A stretch of DNA of 64,000 nt from Cycas panzhihuaensis (Eukaryota > Plantae > Cycadophyta): assembly GCA_023213395.1 (NCBI GenBank), contig CM041465.1, forward strand, positions 192,517,741 through 192,581,740, in the 5' to 3' direction. Positions 27,101 through 41,373 of this stretch are shown piece after piece. The first letter of the stretch is position 1, and each line of letters starts with the position of its first letter. The translations under genes and the position numbers were made by a program. The notes under the pieces were generated by a model. The model was not told the DNA's origin and searched no databases. It saw nothing but the letters and a program-made list of their open reading frames with translations.

Positions 27101-27990
27101 TAAGAGAATGTCATTATTAATGCTCCGTCACAAATACCAAAAGACAACATTAAAAGTGTATCCTTGAAAGTGGTTTCAATAGCAACATCCATCTAGATGC
27201 AAGAATTTCTTTAGGAATATCAAAATGACCACTCCATTCCAAAAATATAGAGGGAAACATAAGAATAGGGATATATAAAGGATATAATACAAAGAAATAT
27301 GATTTTATAGAAAGGGAAAATATTGATCCCGTGACTTTAAATATTAAGGATAAAATTCTTTAGGAAGCCTAATCAACCCCAATCGTTGGATACATAGGGA
27401 TCGATACAATATACCATAAGATACATGGATCTTTCTTACGGAAAGGGATTAAAGGAGACATCCTCAAATTTATGTTAGAATGCAACTCCTATTAGAGGAA
27501 TAAAAGCTAGAGTATAAAAGTATTAGGACTACTCCAACCATTGCACATCCTATAACAAAATATGAAGAGATCTTGATGGATTTCATCATAGAACCCCAAA
27601 ATTAGAACATAAAGATGTTATTTTGTAGTAGTTGATAGGCTAATAAAATATGTATACTTTAAAGAAATATAATCAATAAAAATTCTAGTTATAGAGTAAA
27701 ACTCTTTATAAAGGAAATACATTATTTACACCATTTTCCTAAGGTCATAGTAAGTGATTATGATCTAAAGTTCACTAGTCACTTCTAGTAGGGCTTATTA
27801 TGGCTACTAGGGACCAAATTATCCATGATCATGGTTTACTATCCTTAGATTAATAGTTAAATAAAGGTTGTAAATAAATATTTAGAAGGATATCTATAAA
27901 AGTTTACTTCTAATAAATAACAACATTAGCACAAATAGCTCTATCTTATAAAATGGTGGTATAATATCATATATAACTCATCAATAAAAA
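24190..27990 (+). mobile_element. Degenerate chromovirus-like Ty3/Gypsy gag-pol (LTRs not identified)
   Basis: gag SWL..MEAYF; protease LIES.NTHNFI (~25380); KKDGS..M.INYRGLNKDTIK; FLNDILIYSSTWEEHLEHI (~26360); GLLQPLHIL, VVVDRL, IVSDYDLKFTSHF and KWWYN of integrase. Confidence 0.85.
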
Positions 27991-27999
27991 TAATATCGT

Positions 28000-30223
28000 T
28001 GTTATATTCCTTTTGTTATCACTCTTTAAGATTTTTATCTTTTATTACTTTGATTCTTGACTCTAACGTTTCATTCCTAAAATTAATCAAATACTTTTGA
28101 CTTATTCTTTAGAAATTATCCTAAGTTTTCTTGGTATAATCATCTATAAATACTAAGATATATCTAGCTTTACCTATGGAAGGAATGGGGAGTGGGACTA
28201 TCATGTTTAAGTATATAAGCTACAACTTCTCCTTATCTCTCTAAGCTTTATTCTAAGAAAAATGATATCTATGATACTTACCATAGATGCAACCTTCAAA
28301 TATACTATCTAAACATGAGATCTATGGCAACCTGTCTACCATATTTAACTTGTTTATCAATGATATACTTCCATAATTAAGATGATTTACCTTTTCGCCA
28401 TAATTAACTACTATCATGTATATTAGCAATCAAGACATATGATCGATTTGAATTCTATTTTTCCTTAAGCACCTAAAAGTTATTCTTCACTCTTCCAGTT
28501 ATAATAATAACAAAGTACTTCTTTAAATCCTTAATCAAGTATTATATTCATAAACATTGATCTTCAAATCCTTTTTATAGATTTTTTAAGCTAATAAAAT
28601 ATTTTCCTTCTTCTTTGGTACATAATACACCTAGTTGAAAATTCCTCTATAGGATTCACTATTCCAACACCCTTAATAGGTATAACATTAGCATCATCAA
28701 GTATAATTTGAGAATCCTATAGGTTAATATTCCATGATTTAAACTTCTCTTTGGAGAAAGTTATATGCTATTATGCTTCAAAATCAAGAATCCAACTATT
28801 CTTTAATAATAAGGACCTTATCTCTCCACAATGGACTTTAATATTCTTCCCTTAGCCTTGTGTAAGCCCTAATTCTTTTTGTAATACTTTGCCTCCTTAT
28901 GGCTAATCTATTTACAATAGTTATAGGATCCATTGAATCTCTTCTTCTTCTTCCTTAGCTCATAGTTTTCTAAAGTACTAGCCTTTTGTAAACCTTATCT
29001 TTATAATTACATTCTAGCCTATGTGTTTTCATCACCAAGGTATGATTAGATTCAAAACTTTAAAGCAAACCACAATGCTTTAAATTAACATCCTTATTTA
29101 GAATTAGGGTCCTTAGCTAATCAAATTTTATTATCTCCATGGCAAAATCCTTTGCATAGATTGTTTGAAATATAGTAAATATAGTTAGTAATCTCCACAT
29201 GACAAGAGTAAATAGTAGCTCCTTATTAATATATCTTAATTTAATAGCTTTGAGTATATTTTTAAATCCGTCATCTTGTTAAACTAAGCTCTAATATCAT
29301 TCTCATCTTTGATAATAGTATTTAATAATTCCATTAATAAAGTGGCATGCTTGATTAGGCCTAGGCTATATATCCCTTAATGACATTATGTTTCCTTTAT
29401 TTTAGGCTAGATCAAGAGATAAAGAAGCCCATGGAAACCTAAAACCACCTTTTCCAACTCCTAAGAAGGAGCCTCTACCGCTTGTATTGTTTGGTTTGGA
29501 TATGCAAGTGATAATAATAGTTTAGGATGTAAGGAGAAGTATTAGGATGTACTAGTCTACATGAGCAAGCAAAGGAGTTCTAAATCAAGAATTATGCTAC
29601 CAATATTTTTTGTATCCTAGTGTTTACTTCAAATTTGGGCACATATATTAAAAAAAAGAAATTTCATTAGCATTTTCTCAACAACATCACTCAAATTGCC
29701 ACAACTCGAGGCATCCTTTACACAGGAACAATAATATATACATGAGAATATATTAGGGAAAAAGAAGTTAAATTTATTTCAATTTTGACACCTACTCCCC
29801 TAAATTGGTGTGGGTATCTCTCTATCCAAATATAGGCTCACTTGTCCTTCACAATTTTCTAGAATCTCCTACAAGCAAAGGTTTCAAAACCCAATTCTTC
29901 AACTTACTAATACTCTGTGCTTACCATAGCGTTGATACCATGTTGTAAGCGGAGTACAAAATCAATGATCAAAATGGAAAAGAGTGTATAATAGAGAAAA
30001 TTAGTTTCTCAAAATGCTACTCAATTCACTTGAATTTATTCAATGATATTTAAAATGCTAATACATGTTTAAATACAAATCTACAAATGTAATGGCCAAC
30101 CTTGAAGCTACCACTAGTCAATTACATGAGTTGTCTGACTCATCCCTCTATAATAAATTATAACGGATCTCATAGCATTAAGTTATGAGTTGTTTAATGT
30201 AAACATTACAAAATATTCTAATA
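28000..30223 (-). mobile_element. Degenerate Copia 5' part (putative 5' LTR 29941-30223, PBS, gag-PR)
   Basis: gcgttgatacca|TGTTG at 29929-29945; SWILDFEA..HIT protease relic (~28760-28800); zinc-knuckle relic (~28900-28930). Confidence 0.6.
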
Positions 30224-31300
30224 TTTGGGTATAAATAGGGCATAAGCTTGGGGTGAGAACAAAGGCAAAGAATCACGTGCAATGTTATGATCCCAATCAA
30301 AGATAACATATCTTATGTACTATTTCAATCATCATTAATGGAATTACAAATTATATGGATCTTGTGTGTATGAATATTTGTGCATGAAATAGCATGTTAT
30401 GCTACTATCTGAAAATAATTACCATTATTAGTATCAAATACTAATGTGCAATAACAAGGTCACCACACCACCAATCGTTGTGGAGATCCAAGCCATGGAC
30501 AGTTGACACTAAGATGTGACCAGAAGATAAATGGGCAACCCTGTGACAACTAGTGTGATGCCTTCCATTCGACCAAATGGAAGGTTAGCTTGGTGAGAAA
30601 CCTTTCTAATAATTTTCACTTTTTATGTTTAGATCCTCACATACCTTTGAACAAGTGCTAGTAAGGGGACCATGGTATCGAGATGCAATGTGATTATGTT
30701 CAACAAGAGGGAGATTGACTTCTCACTAGATAATGTAGTTGCACTTAAATGTCTATTACGGATGGGGTTCCTCAAACTCCCCATGCACTTGTGGACCTTC
30801 ATGAAGGATCTCATGTAACCTCTAAGTAGCTTAGTTTCACCAAAGCCCTTTAGAGTGTTCTATCCTAGGCCTCATATCCAAGTATGTGCTAGGGTAGACC
30901 TTTCTAAGGAGCTAGCTAATCATATAGTTATTAAATGTGGTAGCTAAGCTGGTAACCAGAAGGTTGCCTTCCTAAACATTTTGAATGCTTGCTTTATATG
31001 CCATTCCAAGGATCACCATATTCAAGATTGTCCACTTGTCTTGGCCAAATTTGAGCTAATTGCAACAATTGAACCCAAAAATTTGGGGCTCCTTCTTAAG
31101 CATGAGAATGGCCACAATGAAAAACCTCCTAATAAGCCCAACAAGCACAAGTCTTAGAAAGGCCAAATAAATAATTGACTAAGACCTCTAGCAAGTCCCT
31201 ACAAGGCTTGCTCAAGACTTGAAAGTCAATAGCAAATTACTAGAAAAGCCACAAGAGCCAACAATCAAGTGCCAAAACCATCTATCTATAGTGCTAAAGC

Positions 31301-32046
31301 TATTGAAAATTAACAAAACAAATTTGATATCATGTTGAAAATGGCACTATTGGACATATGAATACACAATGAAACACATATGCATGAGGTAATAAAAGAT
31401 GTAAACAATAAATAAAAAATCAAAGGAAGTATATATAAACACATAAGACAATAAGGCTTGTGGGAAATGATCATCTCCAATTATTGCATTAGGTATGAAT
31501 ATACACTTATAGTACATAGTCACTTCATGGTTGTCCAATCACATGTGAGAACGATTATAACTGCCACTAAGGTGAAACATCGACACGTGTGCACATGCAC
31601 ACACTTTAATGACACTAATTTAATATCACATGAGAGAGTTACAAAAACACCTTAACATTAACACTAACCCAACATTAAACATTACTTTCAACACCGCGCA
31701 TAATGTTTAATCATATCAATACGTAAGGGTTAATGCTCTTTCATCAATACAAGAACATCACGTCAACACACTAGGGATAACACCCTTTCACCAAGGGGAA
31801 CCATATATCTTCTCCAAATAAGACAAACACCATCCGCACCTTCAACTATCTTTGAAATCTCCACTTTGTATCGATGTCCATATAAAACAAGCTCTATCTA
31901 CCAAACTACATGGGTAACTAGTCATAACAACTTCTAGTTCTATAGGAACCACCTTTGAGTACATGGTTACGCCAACATATGTCAACACCATCACGGGAAT
32001 AAATTTGAACTACCTCATTTGGACAAATGAGTTGAGTGTATGTATG

Positions 32047-32108
<62 letters not shown>

Positions 32109-33744
32109 CACCGAGTTTTGTAAGCCTCCTATTCAAATCCACTTGACTAGTCATGTGCGTATGTGGTGGCCTATGACAAGCCAAAAGACCTCTAGGCCAT
32201 TGTAACCCATTTCAAAAGTAGGAGCAAGTGCCAATTCGGTGACCAAAGCTTGTGAGAACAAGTTTCTAGCCACCTAGCATACGCTCATTTCGTCATTTCA
32301 TCATAATTCACTAACTTTCGGTCTTGTGTCAACCAATCGATGTATTCTTTTGCTATCATTCATGCGAGTTTCACAAATTTTTAATAAGTGGAGCCCAACA
32401 TGCCCACCTACAAACAAGGACTAATGCCAGTCCAGTCTAATAAGAGAAGAAAATAAGCAAATGCGAGAGGTTCTCGATCTCACAATCTTTTGAAATACTG
32501 ATTGTTGTCAACATGATTCAATCTCGTGATATTATGGACACCTTTTTGGGAAAGAATAGATCCGTGCTTCTTCATGAAGATATTGGTGGGGGGCTTGGCA
32601 TTGAAAATCCCAATATCCCTCCAGTTTTCCTTATTTTTATGAATTCAAGTTCCACAATTTTCCAGTGCAGATGACCGTGGTTCCCCTGTTTTCTATTAAA
32701 CGATGTTCAAAATATGGTGACAAGCTCCACAATTGGGCAACTCCTTGATGTTATGTTTCCCATGATACAACTAGTGTAGGATGACTTTGTCAATTGACCG
32801 AATGTTACCTACAATTTTAAGCATGTTAGATAAAGCCCCAACACGACAATGGAATTGAGCGATTCCAATTCATCCCACGCAAACAAAGGACCACACTCAA
32901 CAATCTTTGGCATAACTTTGCTCTAATATGCTCTACTATTTCATTTTCGTCCATATTTGGAATGAAGTCTTATTTCTCTTTTAACTTGATGGAATACTAG
33001 CTCTAATGGCTTCTTATCTTACTTTCATGAGGTGATAAGTCCTATTTGGGCAACCTCTTTTGTGGATGTACTTCATAACCTTGCATGTTATATATAGGCA
33101 TCCCACATGCATAATAAATATCCACACCAAACAAAATGACCAATAAGGATCCCACATGCATATTAAATATCCACAACAAACAAAATGACCAATATTACCA
33201 TTAGTTTTGAATGTGGCTCTTCAACATCTTGAGCTTGCCCCAATCTATAGTCATATCTTCTCAACATAACCTTTTCAAAATCCTCTTCAAAATCTTGAAA
33301 CCTTAACCTACTCAAATCTACTTTGCAAGATCAATCCCACCATCCCGCTCGATACCACATTGAAAATTAATAGAACAAATCTAATACCATGTTGAAAATG
33401 GTGCTATTGGACATATAAATGAAAGCATATGCATGAGGTGATAAAAGATGTAAACAATAAATGAACAAATCAAACATTGAAGTATGTACGAACATATAAG
33501 ACAATAAGGCTTATGGAAAATGATCATCTTCAATTATTGCATTAAGTATAAATACATACTTATAACGTAGTCACCTCATAGTTGTCCAATCACGGATGAG
33601 AACCATTATAACCACCACTAAAGTGATACATAGATACGTGTGCGGATGCACACCTCTTAATAACACTAATTTAATATTACATGAGAGAGTTAGGGGGGCA
33701 CCTTAACATTAACAGTAACCTAACAATAAACATTACTTCAAACA
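31301..33744 (-). mobile_element. Older non-autonomous LTR element (~2.4 kb)
   Basis: Diverged ~390-bp direct repeats at 31301-31693 and 33358-33744 ending ...caaca/aaca. PBS gctcgatacca at 33347-33357. No gag/pol recognised. TSD imperfect (aaagc / aagt). Confidence 0.75.
32036..32105. repeat. (GTAT)n/(AT)n microsatellite
   Basis: Directly visible. Confidence 0.98.
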
Positions 33745-33884
33745 AAGTATGTGTCTCCTTTGATTTGCCTCATCTATAGAAGAGCAATTCTAAGATAAGC
33801 TAAAGTATGAGTGATGTATGCTAGTGTTATCCTCTATCTTAGGCGAGGAGGGAGGAGGCATCGAGGTTGAAGAGGTCGAGCATG

Positions 33885-35830
33885 TTATGCATGGTGGCTT
33901 CAATATATGAGGTCTTTCTAACCCATGCAAAAAGCGAACAATGAGAAGAGTTTGCTATAAACTTAAATAGGTAGACATTTTTGTTTCCAAGAAATTTAAT
34001 GTGTTAGTAATAACTTTAGATTTGTTTTGTCATAAATTTGGCCAAATTGTATCCTTTTCACAATTGATCATCATGAAGGAAAAGATGGCACAATAATTTT
34101 GCTCAATTATAGGCTTCAGACAAGGTATTCCTTTCTAGATTAGAGTTAGGAAATATCGTGTTTAGCTTATGTTATATTTGGAAAATCTTCTACATAAGGT
34201 TGTTGACATTTATGCCCTAACCTTCCCTCTAAAATAAAACCTCTTTGGTCTTGATTAAAGGGAAACTCCGTAATGTCTCTTAGTATTTTTGTGGCAATTT
34301 CAATATGGTAGAATGAACTATTAATGAGATTGACAATAGACCTTGTAAATGGCATCAAGATGAAAATTTTGGATGGATGAATTTGAAAGCCAAGCTCAAT
34401 TGTATGATCCCAATGTTAATAGGTACAAGAAGCGTGAAAGTTGTGATCTTTGGTTCATGTGGTTTAACCTTCAATTGAAACATGATTATGCTCTAAAAAG
34501 GTTGGACAGGACCATGTTGACTAATGATAATAATTGAACTTTGTTTCCTAGGTGTGGTGGGCCCATCAAAATCTTAGATGACGCTGCCTTGTTTGATTGA
34601 TTTACAATCTCTTGTCTTTTCATGAAGGCAAGATAAGGGAGCCACTCAAAATTTTTATTTAAGCCCAATGCTATCCACCAATCAAATCCTAGTTTTCATT
34701 TAAGCAAAGTGCCTTAGTTGCATTAAACAAATTTGGCACCTTTCTCCATTCCTCTAATCCAACTTGCAATGGATTACTCAAAGAAGAAGAGGCCATCAAT
34801 AGAACAACTTCATTTTCATAAGGATATGACAAGCAAGTGGCCTCAATCGTAAAATTTTTGAAAGGGCTAACACCAAAAAGTTAGTTGAAGTTAGATCTCT
34901 CCTTTTACAAAGCCCATTTTGACGAAACCCTAAGCCCAACTCACTCATGACCTTCAAGTGATTGAACTCAAGAAAGGCAAGGAGTCCAAGTCCATGCTAG
35001 GCTACACTATATAAAGAAGGAGATAGATGTTCAAAATTCTTTTCCAAATATTAAAGTGCAAAATGATCCTTGAAAACATTCTATGACTCAAAATAGATGA
35101 GTGGGAATCACCCAAAGAGAGTAATGCCAATGAATATGTTAAATAGTATACTAGGGTTTTCAAGCTCAAGGACCCACCTAAGCCATTGCAAATGCTCTCA
35201 AGAATGCTTGCAAGTTGTCCTCACCAGTTTAGCACCTTGTGGAGAATGTTTCAAAGCCCCTTTTAAAATGGAAGAGTTGTTTGATGCGCTTTATGAAATG
35301 GCTAATAAAAAAAACCCTAGCACTAATGGATTCCCTTGACTTTTATAAGGCCATTTGGGATAACAACAACCTTTTCCTCCTTAAGGCCCATCAAGAAACC
35401 CTTAGCCTTTGGTTCTCTAAGCCTCATAATCAATAGGTAAATAATAGATTAATTCTAATTGGGAAGCTTATCTCATTACCAACTGGAGACCAATAACCTT
35501 TTAAATGTCTCATACAAGATACTAGCTAATGCATTAACTAAGTACATTAGACATTCTCCCCAACGTTGTTAGGCCTAAACAAACGACGTTCATCTAAATA
35601 AATACATTCTGGATAGATTTATTACTATTTGAGAGTGCATGGAATGAGCAAGATCCTCCTCTGTAGACATTTTGTTTATAAAAATTAACTTCGAAAAATC
35701 CTTAAAATACGAGACTACTTTAAGTTTTGGAGAGAGGTTAGTTAGGTTGGTGCAAGTGCTCTTTGTTGATGCCTCCGTAGGCATAACCTAAATGGTGTTG
35801 TGACTAAGTTGGGGGACTTCATAGATCTAT
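33885..35830 (+). mobile_element. Degenerate LINE ORF2 (APE endonuclease plus N-terminal RT)
   Basis: NI.GLSNP.KKR..., QE, GNFNMVE (endonuclease); ELFDALYEMANKKNPSTNGFP, FYKAIW, NWRPIT..NVSYKILANAL, KINFEK (RT). Confidence 0.82.
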
Positions 35831-35854
35831 TAAGCAAGTTTTCCCTCTTACTAC

Positions 35855-38800
35855 TATTAGACTTAATGCTTATTCACCTACATTGCATTGCACAATGTGC
35901 TTCATGCACCATATGCTAGATATTATAACATAAGTTGAGGGTTTATGAGTAAAGAGATTATCTTCGTGAGTAGATGAATTTTTCTTTACATATTTCATGT
36001 GTTTCCTCATTGTGTTAATGCTTCTCCATGGATGGGCGTTAAATTTGTTGCTAACATTTGGTATTAAAGAAAATGCCTACATTATTATGCTTCTCTCACT
36101 TGGTGACAATCTTCACAATCCAATGACAATCCAAGCATGTGTCTTTATTTTGCAAGTAATTTAGTGTTGGACCAATGTAGGGTCCCCATAACAGGGCTAT
36201 GTTGTGCAAAGGAGAAAACATCGGTTGTATAAGAGAATTAAGAGTGTTGCTCAAGCTAGTGGCATCTCGCTTCAAGAAGAGTAGGCCCATAGAAAAGCAT
36301 CTCATGGGACAAGAAAAACCCTTATTAGGGCATCCACTCATTGCAGAGAAAGGTGATGGTAAAAGCATGCATTCTTTTGTTTCTTGTCTTTCAAATTCAA
36401 ATGTGGGAATGAACCATGGAGGAAACGACATTGTAGAAACCATTGATTGAAGGAAACATGCAATGACATGGATCGACTAGTGCAAGGACAAAGTAATATG
36501 TCACAAGAATGACTTAGTGAAGGGCAACATGAGACACTACAAATCAACATGTGAAAAGGTGATGTTAGATGTTGCAAGACTAGCTTGTAAAAGGGTAATG
36601 CAAGTCAAAGCAAAGGGCTCTCATCACAAGGCAATGATTAGAATGACTAAAAAATGAGCTTAGACCAAAGAAACCCATAACAAGGCAATGACGAAAAATG
36701 CCAATCCAATTGACTCATCCATAAACAATTTGTTGATTCAAATTCCAATCTCAAACACAAAAACAAAGGTAAAACATTTTTCAAAATATTTGAATTTTTA
36801 TAAAGTTTGATTTAATCATAACTTTTTATATAGTTACTTGAAATCGCATTTAGCCCCAAGTTAAATTTGTGTTTGATCACATGATGGAAAGGTGCTAAGC
36901 CCATTTGTAGCCTCTTACCAATTTTTTAAATTTCAAAAGTATTTTCAATTGTAATTGTGATTATGTCCTCATTGGAGGTGAACACATGGTTTTCCAACAC
37001 TTACAAAGTGACCCAAGAGACCGAGAGAAACGAAGCAAAAAATTATAAAATTGTTACTTCACGGTGTGCGTGGGGTGTTCAATACCTAATTGATATTCAT
37101 GAACTTGTCAAGCCTTTTCCAATGTTTTCTAATTTTCCCACCAAAGACCACTATACCCTTTTCTTTTTTTCAATTATTATTAAAAAGTTTGTAGGTGCAA
37201 AACATAAAGTGTGCAACATTAAAAACTTCTTTAAAATCATTAATTTAATGCTTTTGAAAACTTAGTTAGGAGAACAAGACATTATTGAAGTTGAAACCTC
37301 TATAGAAAGCACAATATGCCTTGTAAATCAACCTTCCCTTTAAAATTTACATCTTGACAATGGTAAGTTTATTTGGGAGAACAAGACAATATCATAACTA
37401 AGACCTATGGGTAAAGCATAATATGCCTTGTAGATCAAGTTTGCCCTTTAATTTATGTGTTAAATATTAACAAACAATTGCAAACATGTTGAATGCTATC
37501 ATAAAAACTCACGACCCGAAAATTATGTTGCAAGAAAACGCCAAGTAAAATATCTAATGATTATGAATGACCTATGGGGTTATGTTAATGGCATTACTAT
37601 ACAAAACCAACTAATGTTAGTGTATTAGCATAATTTGATTTAAAAATCAAAATCGAAACAACATTTAGATGCAAAGACACCTACAAATACTTGGGAGTCC
37701 ATCATCGATCTATATGAACAAGGATGATGAAAGGATTATTTCACTAAAAACTTAGTTGTACACCTAAAGCTTACAGAGTCCATAAGAAATCATATGCAAA
37801 ATATAAAAGGAAATAAGAACCAACTATCTACAATGGGTGAATCAGTACCTAATAAAGACCTTGCAATTGCCACTCTAAAGGATCTTCCAAAAGACAATGA
37901 AAACTTTATTCTGGTCCGACCATGGTCGACAAACTTGGCACAATAACTTTTAATAAGTTAGAAGGCCTTCTACTAGAATGTGAACAATTGATCAAAAGAA
38001 ATAAAGATGGAGAACCTTCAGGCATATGTAGCCAAGTTCAAAGCCAAAAAGCCCTTTGTACCATGTCAAAAGTACCAAAAGAATAATGACAAACATAAGC
38101 CTCAAATTGATAAAGAATTCTCTACGAGGTTTAAAACACTTAATTACTTTTTGTTGTGGAAAAACTTAACCACATGCAAAAAGACTACAGAAAGAAAGAA
38201 TATGACTTAATGAGAAAAAAAACCAAGTGGAAGACAAGGACATGCGAGATGATATGGGCAAGGACATGACCACAAAGGTCACTATGCATCTAAGGATGAA
38301 CATTTGTTTGTAGTTGCATATCGGTTCAAACATGTCTTAGAGGACACCTGGATTGTTGATAGAAATGCAACTTGCAACATGATTCAAAAAACAAAGTGGC
38401 TAAAAGATATCAAACAAATTGAAGGTGAAACTTTGACATTGGAAATAATCACTTTGAAGCTCCAAAGCCATGTGTTTTCCGATGCAACCACAAAGGACCA
38501 AGTTTGACATGAAATAATAGGTCACTTCAACTATCCTAGTCTTAAGTTGATGTATATATTAAACATGGTGCATGGTTTGCCTAAAATAACTATTGACAAA
38601 TGGTTACATGAAGTATGTATAATTAAAAAATAACACAAAGACAGGTTTAAAAAAGATAATGCTTGAAAAATTAATGCCGATTCATACTTGTCCATCCTTA
38701 TCTATGTGGTCGACAAAGGCACATTCACTTGAAAGATCCTTAAAATTTATGACATTTCTTAATGATTTCTCAAGAAAGGTATGGGTGTACTATCTAAGAA

Positions 38801-40245
38801 ACAAATTACAAGACTTTGAAATCTTTAAGGAGTTTAAACAAGAAATAGAAAATGAAGCAAACCAAAAATTAAGATTCTCAAGCCAAACAAAGAGGAGTAC
38901 ACATGTAAAGAATTCAACCAATTATGTAAATAACAACGCATCTAAACATAGTTCTCTAGCACCCACACACCATGGTAGAAAGGAATTATTGAAAGGACGA
39001 ATAAAACCTTAGTGGGAAAAGCTAAGGACTTCTTTAATTTAAGAGTCTTGTAGATTCCTTATGGGGAGAAGCAATTAGGACTATGGGATATCTAATCAAT
39101 AAAAGCTCCACAAACAATTAGGTACAAGAAATCATAGAAGGCTTAGACAGAACAAAAAGCCTACCGTTAGTTCCTTCCGGGAGAATCAATTAGGACTATG
39201 GGATATCTAATCAACAAAAGCTCCACAAATAATTAGGTACAAGAAATCAGAGAAGGCTTAGACAAATAAAAAGCCTACCATTAGAGCCTTCGAGTGTAAT
39301 GCCTCCACGTATATTCCTAAGGAAATTTATAAAAAAAAAAAATCAAGTGTATTTTTCTTAACCATAAACCAAAAATCATATGTATCTAGAGATGTCATCT
39401 TCGTAAAGGTAATAAAGAATTAGACTTGAGTACACCCCACCACAAGAAGATAAGGGTAAAGCAATCATGGAACTACAAGTTGTCCATCAAATGCTCCTTC
39501 AAATCCACAATCTAGACAACATCAATTGTAAAATACTTTGACCAATGAAAATTTGAAATCGTAGTAATAGAAACTAGAAAGTTGCTAAAATGGTAACTAA
39601 AAGCAACTATTGAGACACAACATCCTAAACATGTTGGGAAGTAACAATTGAAAATAGCAACTCCACCTCAAGTGAACTATGCTCCCATGGCCAATGTACT
39701 TAGTTCTAATGCCCCTTCCACTTTTGAAAAGGCAAGGCAAGAAGAAAAGTGAAAGCATACCATGGTTAAAGAAGTTCGGTCCATTAAAAAGAATGGCACC
39801 TAGTACTTAGTCAAATTACCCAAGGGTAAAGAGGACATCGGATGCAAATGGGTCTACAAAACCAAGTTCAAGGCCAAGGAAACAAATGGAGAGGCATATA
39901 GATAGATCAAGAGCCAAAGGGTTCAAACAAAAGTGAAACATAAATTTTAGGAAACCTTTGCCTTTGGTGGCCAAAATGATTACCATCAAAGTGGTTTTAG
40001 TCTTGGATAGCAAAATATAGGTGTCTAAAAAATTTAGTCCATTAAAAGAATTGACACTTGGGGTTCAAACAAATTACCCAAGTGTAAAGATCCCATCGGT
40101 GCAAATGGACCTACAAGACCAAAATAAACATTAAGGGGTGTTAGACTTATTCACCTACATTGTATATCATTATGTGCTTTATGCATAAGTGTTAGATATT
40201 GCAACTTTACATTGTAACATTGTAACTTAAATTGAGGGTTATGAA
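35855..40245 (+). mobile_element. Degenerate Ty1/Copia with a ~1.4-kb leader and most of RT-RH deleted
   Basis: 5' LTR 35855-36056 with PBS-like tggtattaaag (36059-36069); DLWGYVNG gag; DTWIVD..ATCNM protease; FLNDFSRKVWVYYL integrase; LP.GK..IGCKWVYKTK RT start; PPT aagggg and partial 3' LTR from 40139. Confidence 0.82.
39062..39292. repeat. ~114-bp tandem duplication within the Copia integrase
   Basis: caattaggactatgggatatctaatcaa...aaaaagcctacc occurs twice. Confidence 0.9.
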
Positions 40246-41373
40246 CCCATTCCCTTTGTGTGCATGATGAACACTTGTCATACTTATCCCACAAATAGTC
40301 AACAACTATTTTGCTAATGGCCTTCTCTTGATGGGGGACCGATTTAGAACATGTTAACCAAAATTAGAAGGCCATCCAAATTTTTGCCTACCCTCTAGTT
40401 ACAAAATCATTGGGAAACACCACATATGCAAACAGTACAAGATTGTTTATGAACACAACAGACTCAAGAGAACACACACATAGGATGACAGATTTGACAT
40501 GGAAACCCTTGCGTAAAAACCCACCACAAACACACAAAGCAATCTTCAAGAAGAGCTTGGTGACCACATCTTCAAGTTGATCTCCACTTAGACAAAACTC
40601 AACCCACATCTTTCCCGATCGATCCGCTCTTGGATGTAATGGTTCTATGCCTCATATGCACATGATTCTTTGAAAATACTCTAACAGTCCCTACAACCAT
40701 ACAACTCTCTCTCACACTGACACTTAGTCCACGTAACTCAACCATTTTCCTTCACTAAACCAAGAGGTTGAACCACTTGAGCCATGTAAATCTCCTCTTC
40801 AAGTCTATGTTAAGGAATGCTAACATGATGTGAATCCCAACTATATGTAATCGCCAAAGTAAGAAACAATCGAACAAAAACAACATAGAGGTTTGGTACA
40901 AATGTCTCCTCATACCCGATTCCTTCTTTTGTTACCTCAAATGCAACTCTCCATTGTGAATATTCTTTGACTAGAATCGTTGGTGTCTACCACAAATTTG
41001 ACCGACATGCTAATCCTTGATCTTCAATCATCCTCTAGGTTTTCAATCGCTAATGGAATATGGGTTGCAACCGTGTCTCTTCTTGTAACAACTCTTCATC
41101 ATCACTCCCACTAGGTCCTACTTAGTCCCAAACATAATATCGTAGACAAACCTCTACACACCGCTAAACCACGACTCGTAAAGGGAAGATATGAATGATA
41201 AAACCTATATTTAAATGACATTCAACATGATACGTCATTAGCTCTTGAACTTGACATCTAGACTAATCGCAATGCTCTTCCCCTGCAGATCATATTGTTT
41301 GTAAGTTTTATTCATAAAACCCATACAAACACTCCAAACTCTTGCGATCCCGCTATTGCTATCCTCGTCTAAA

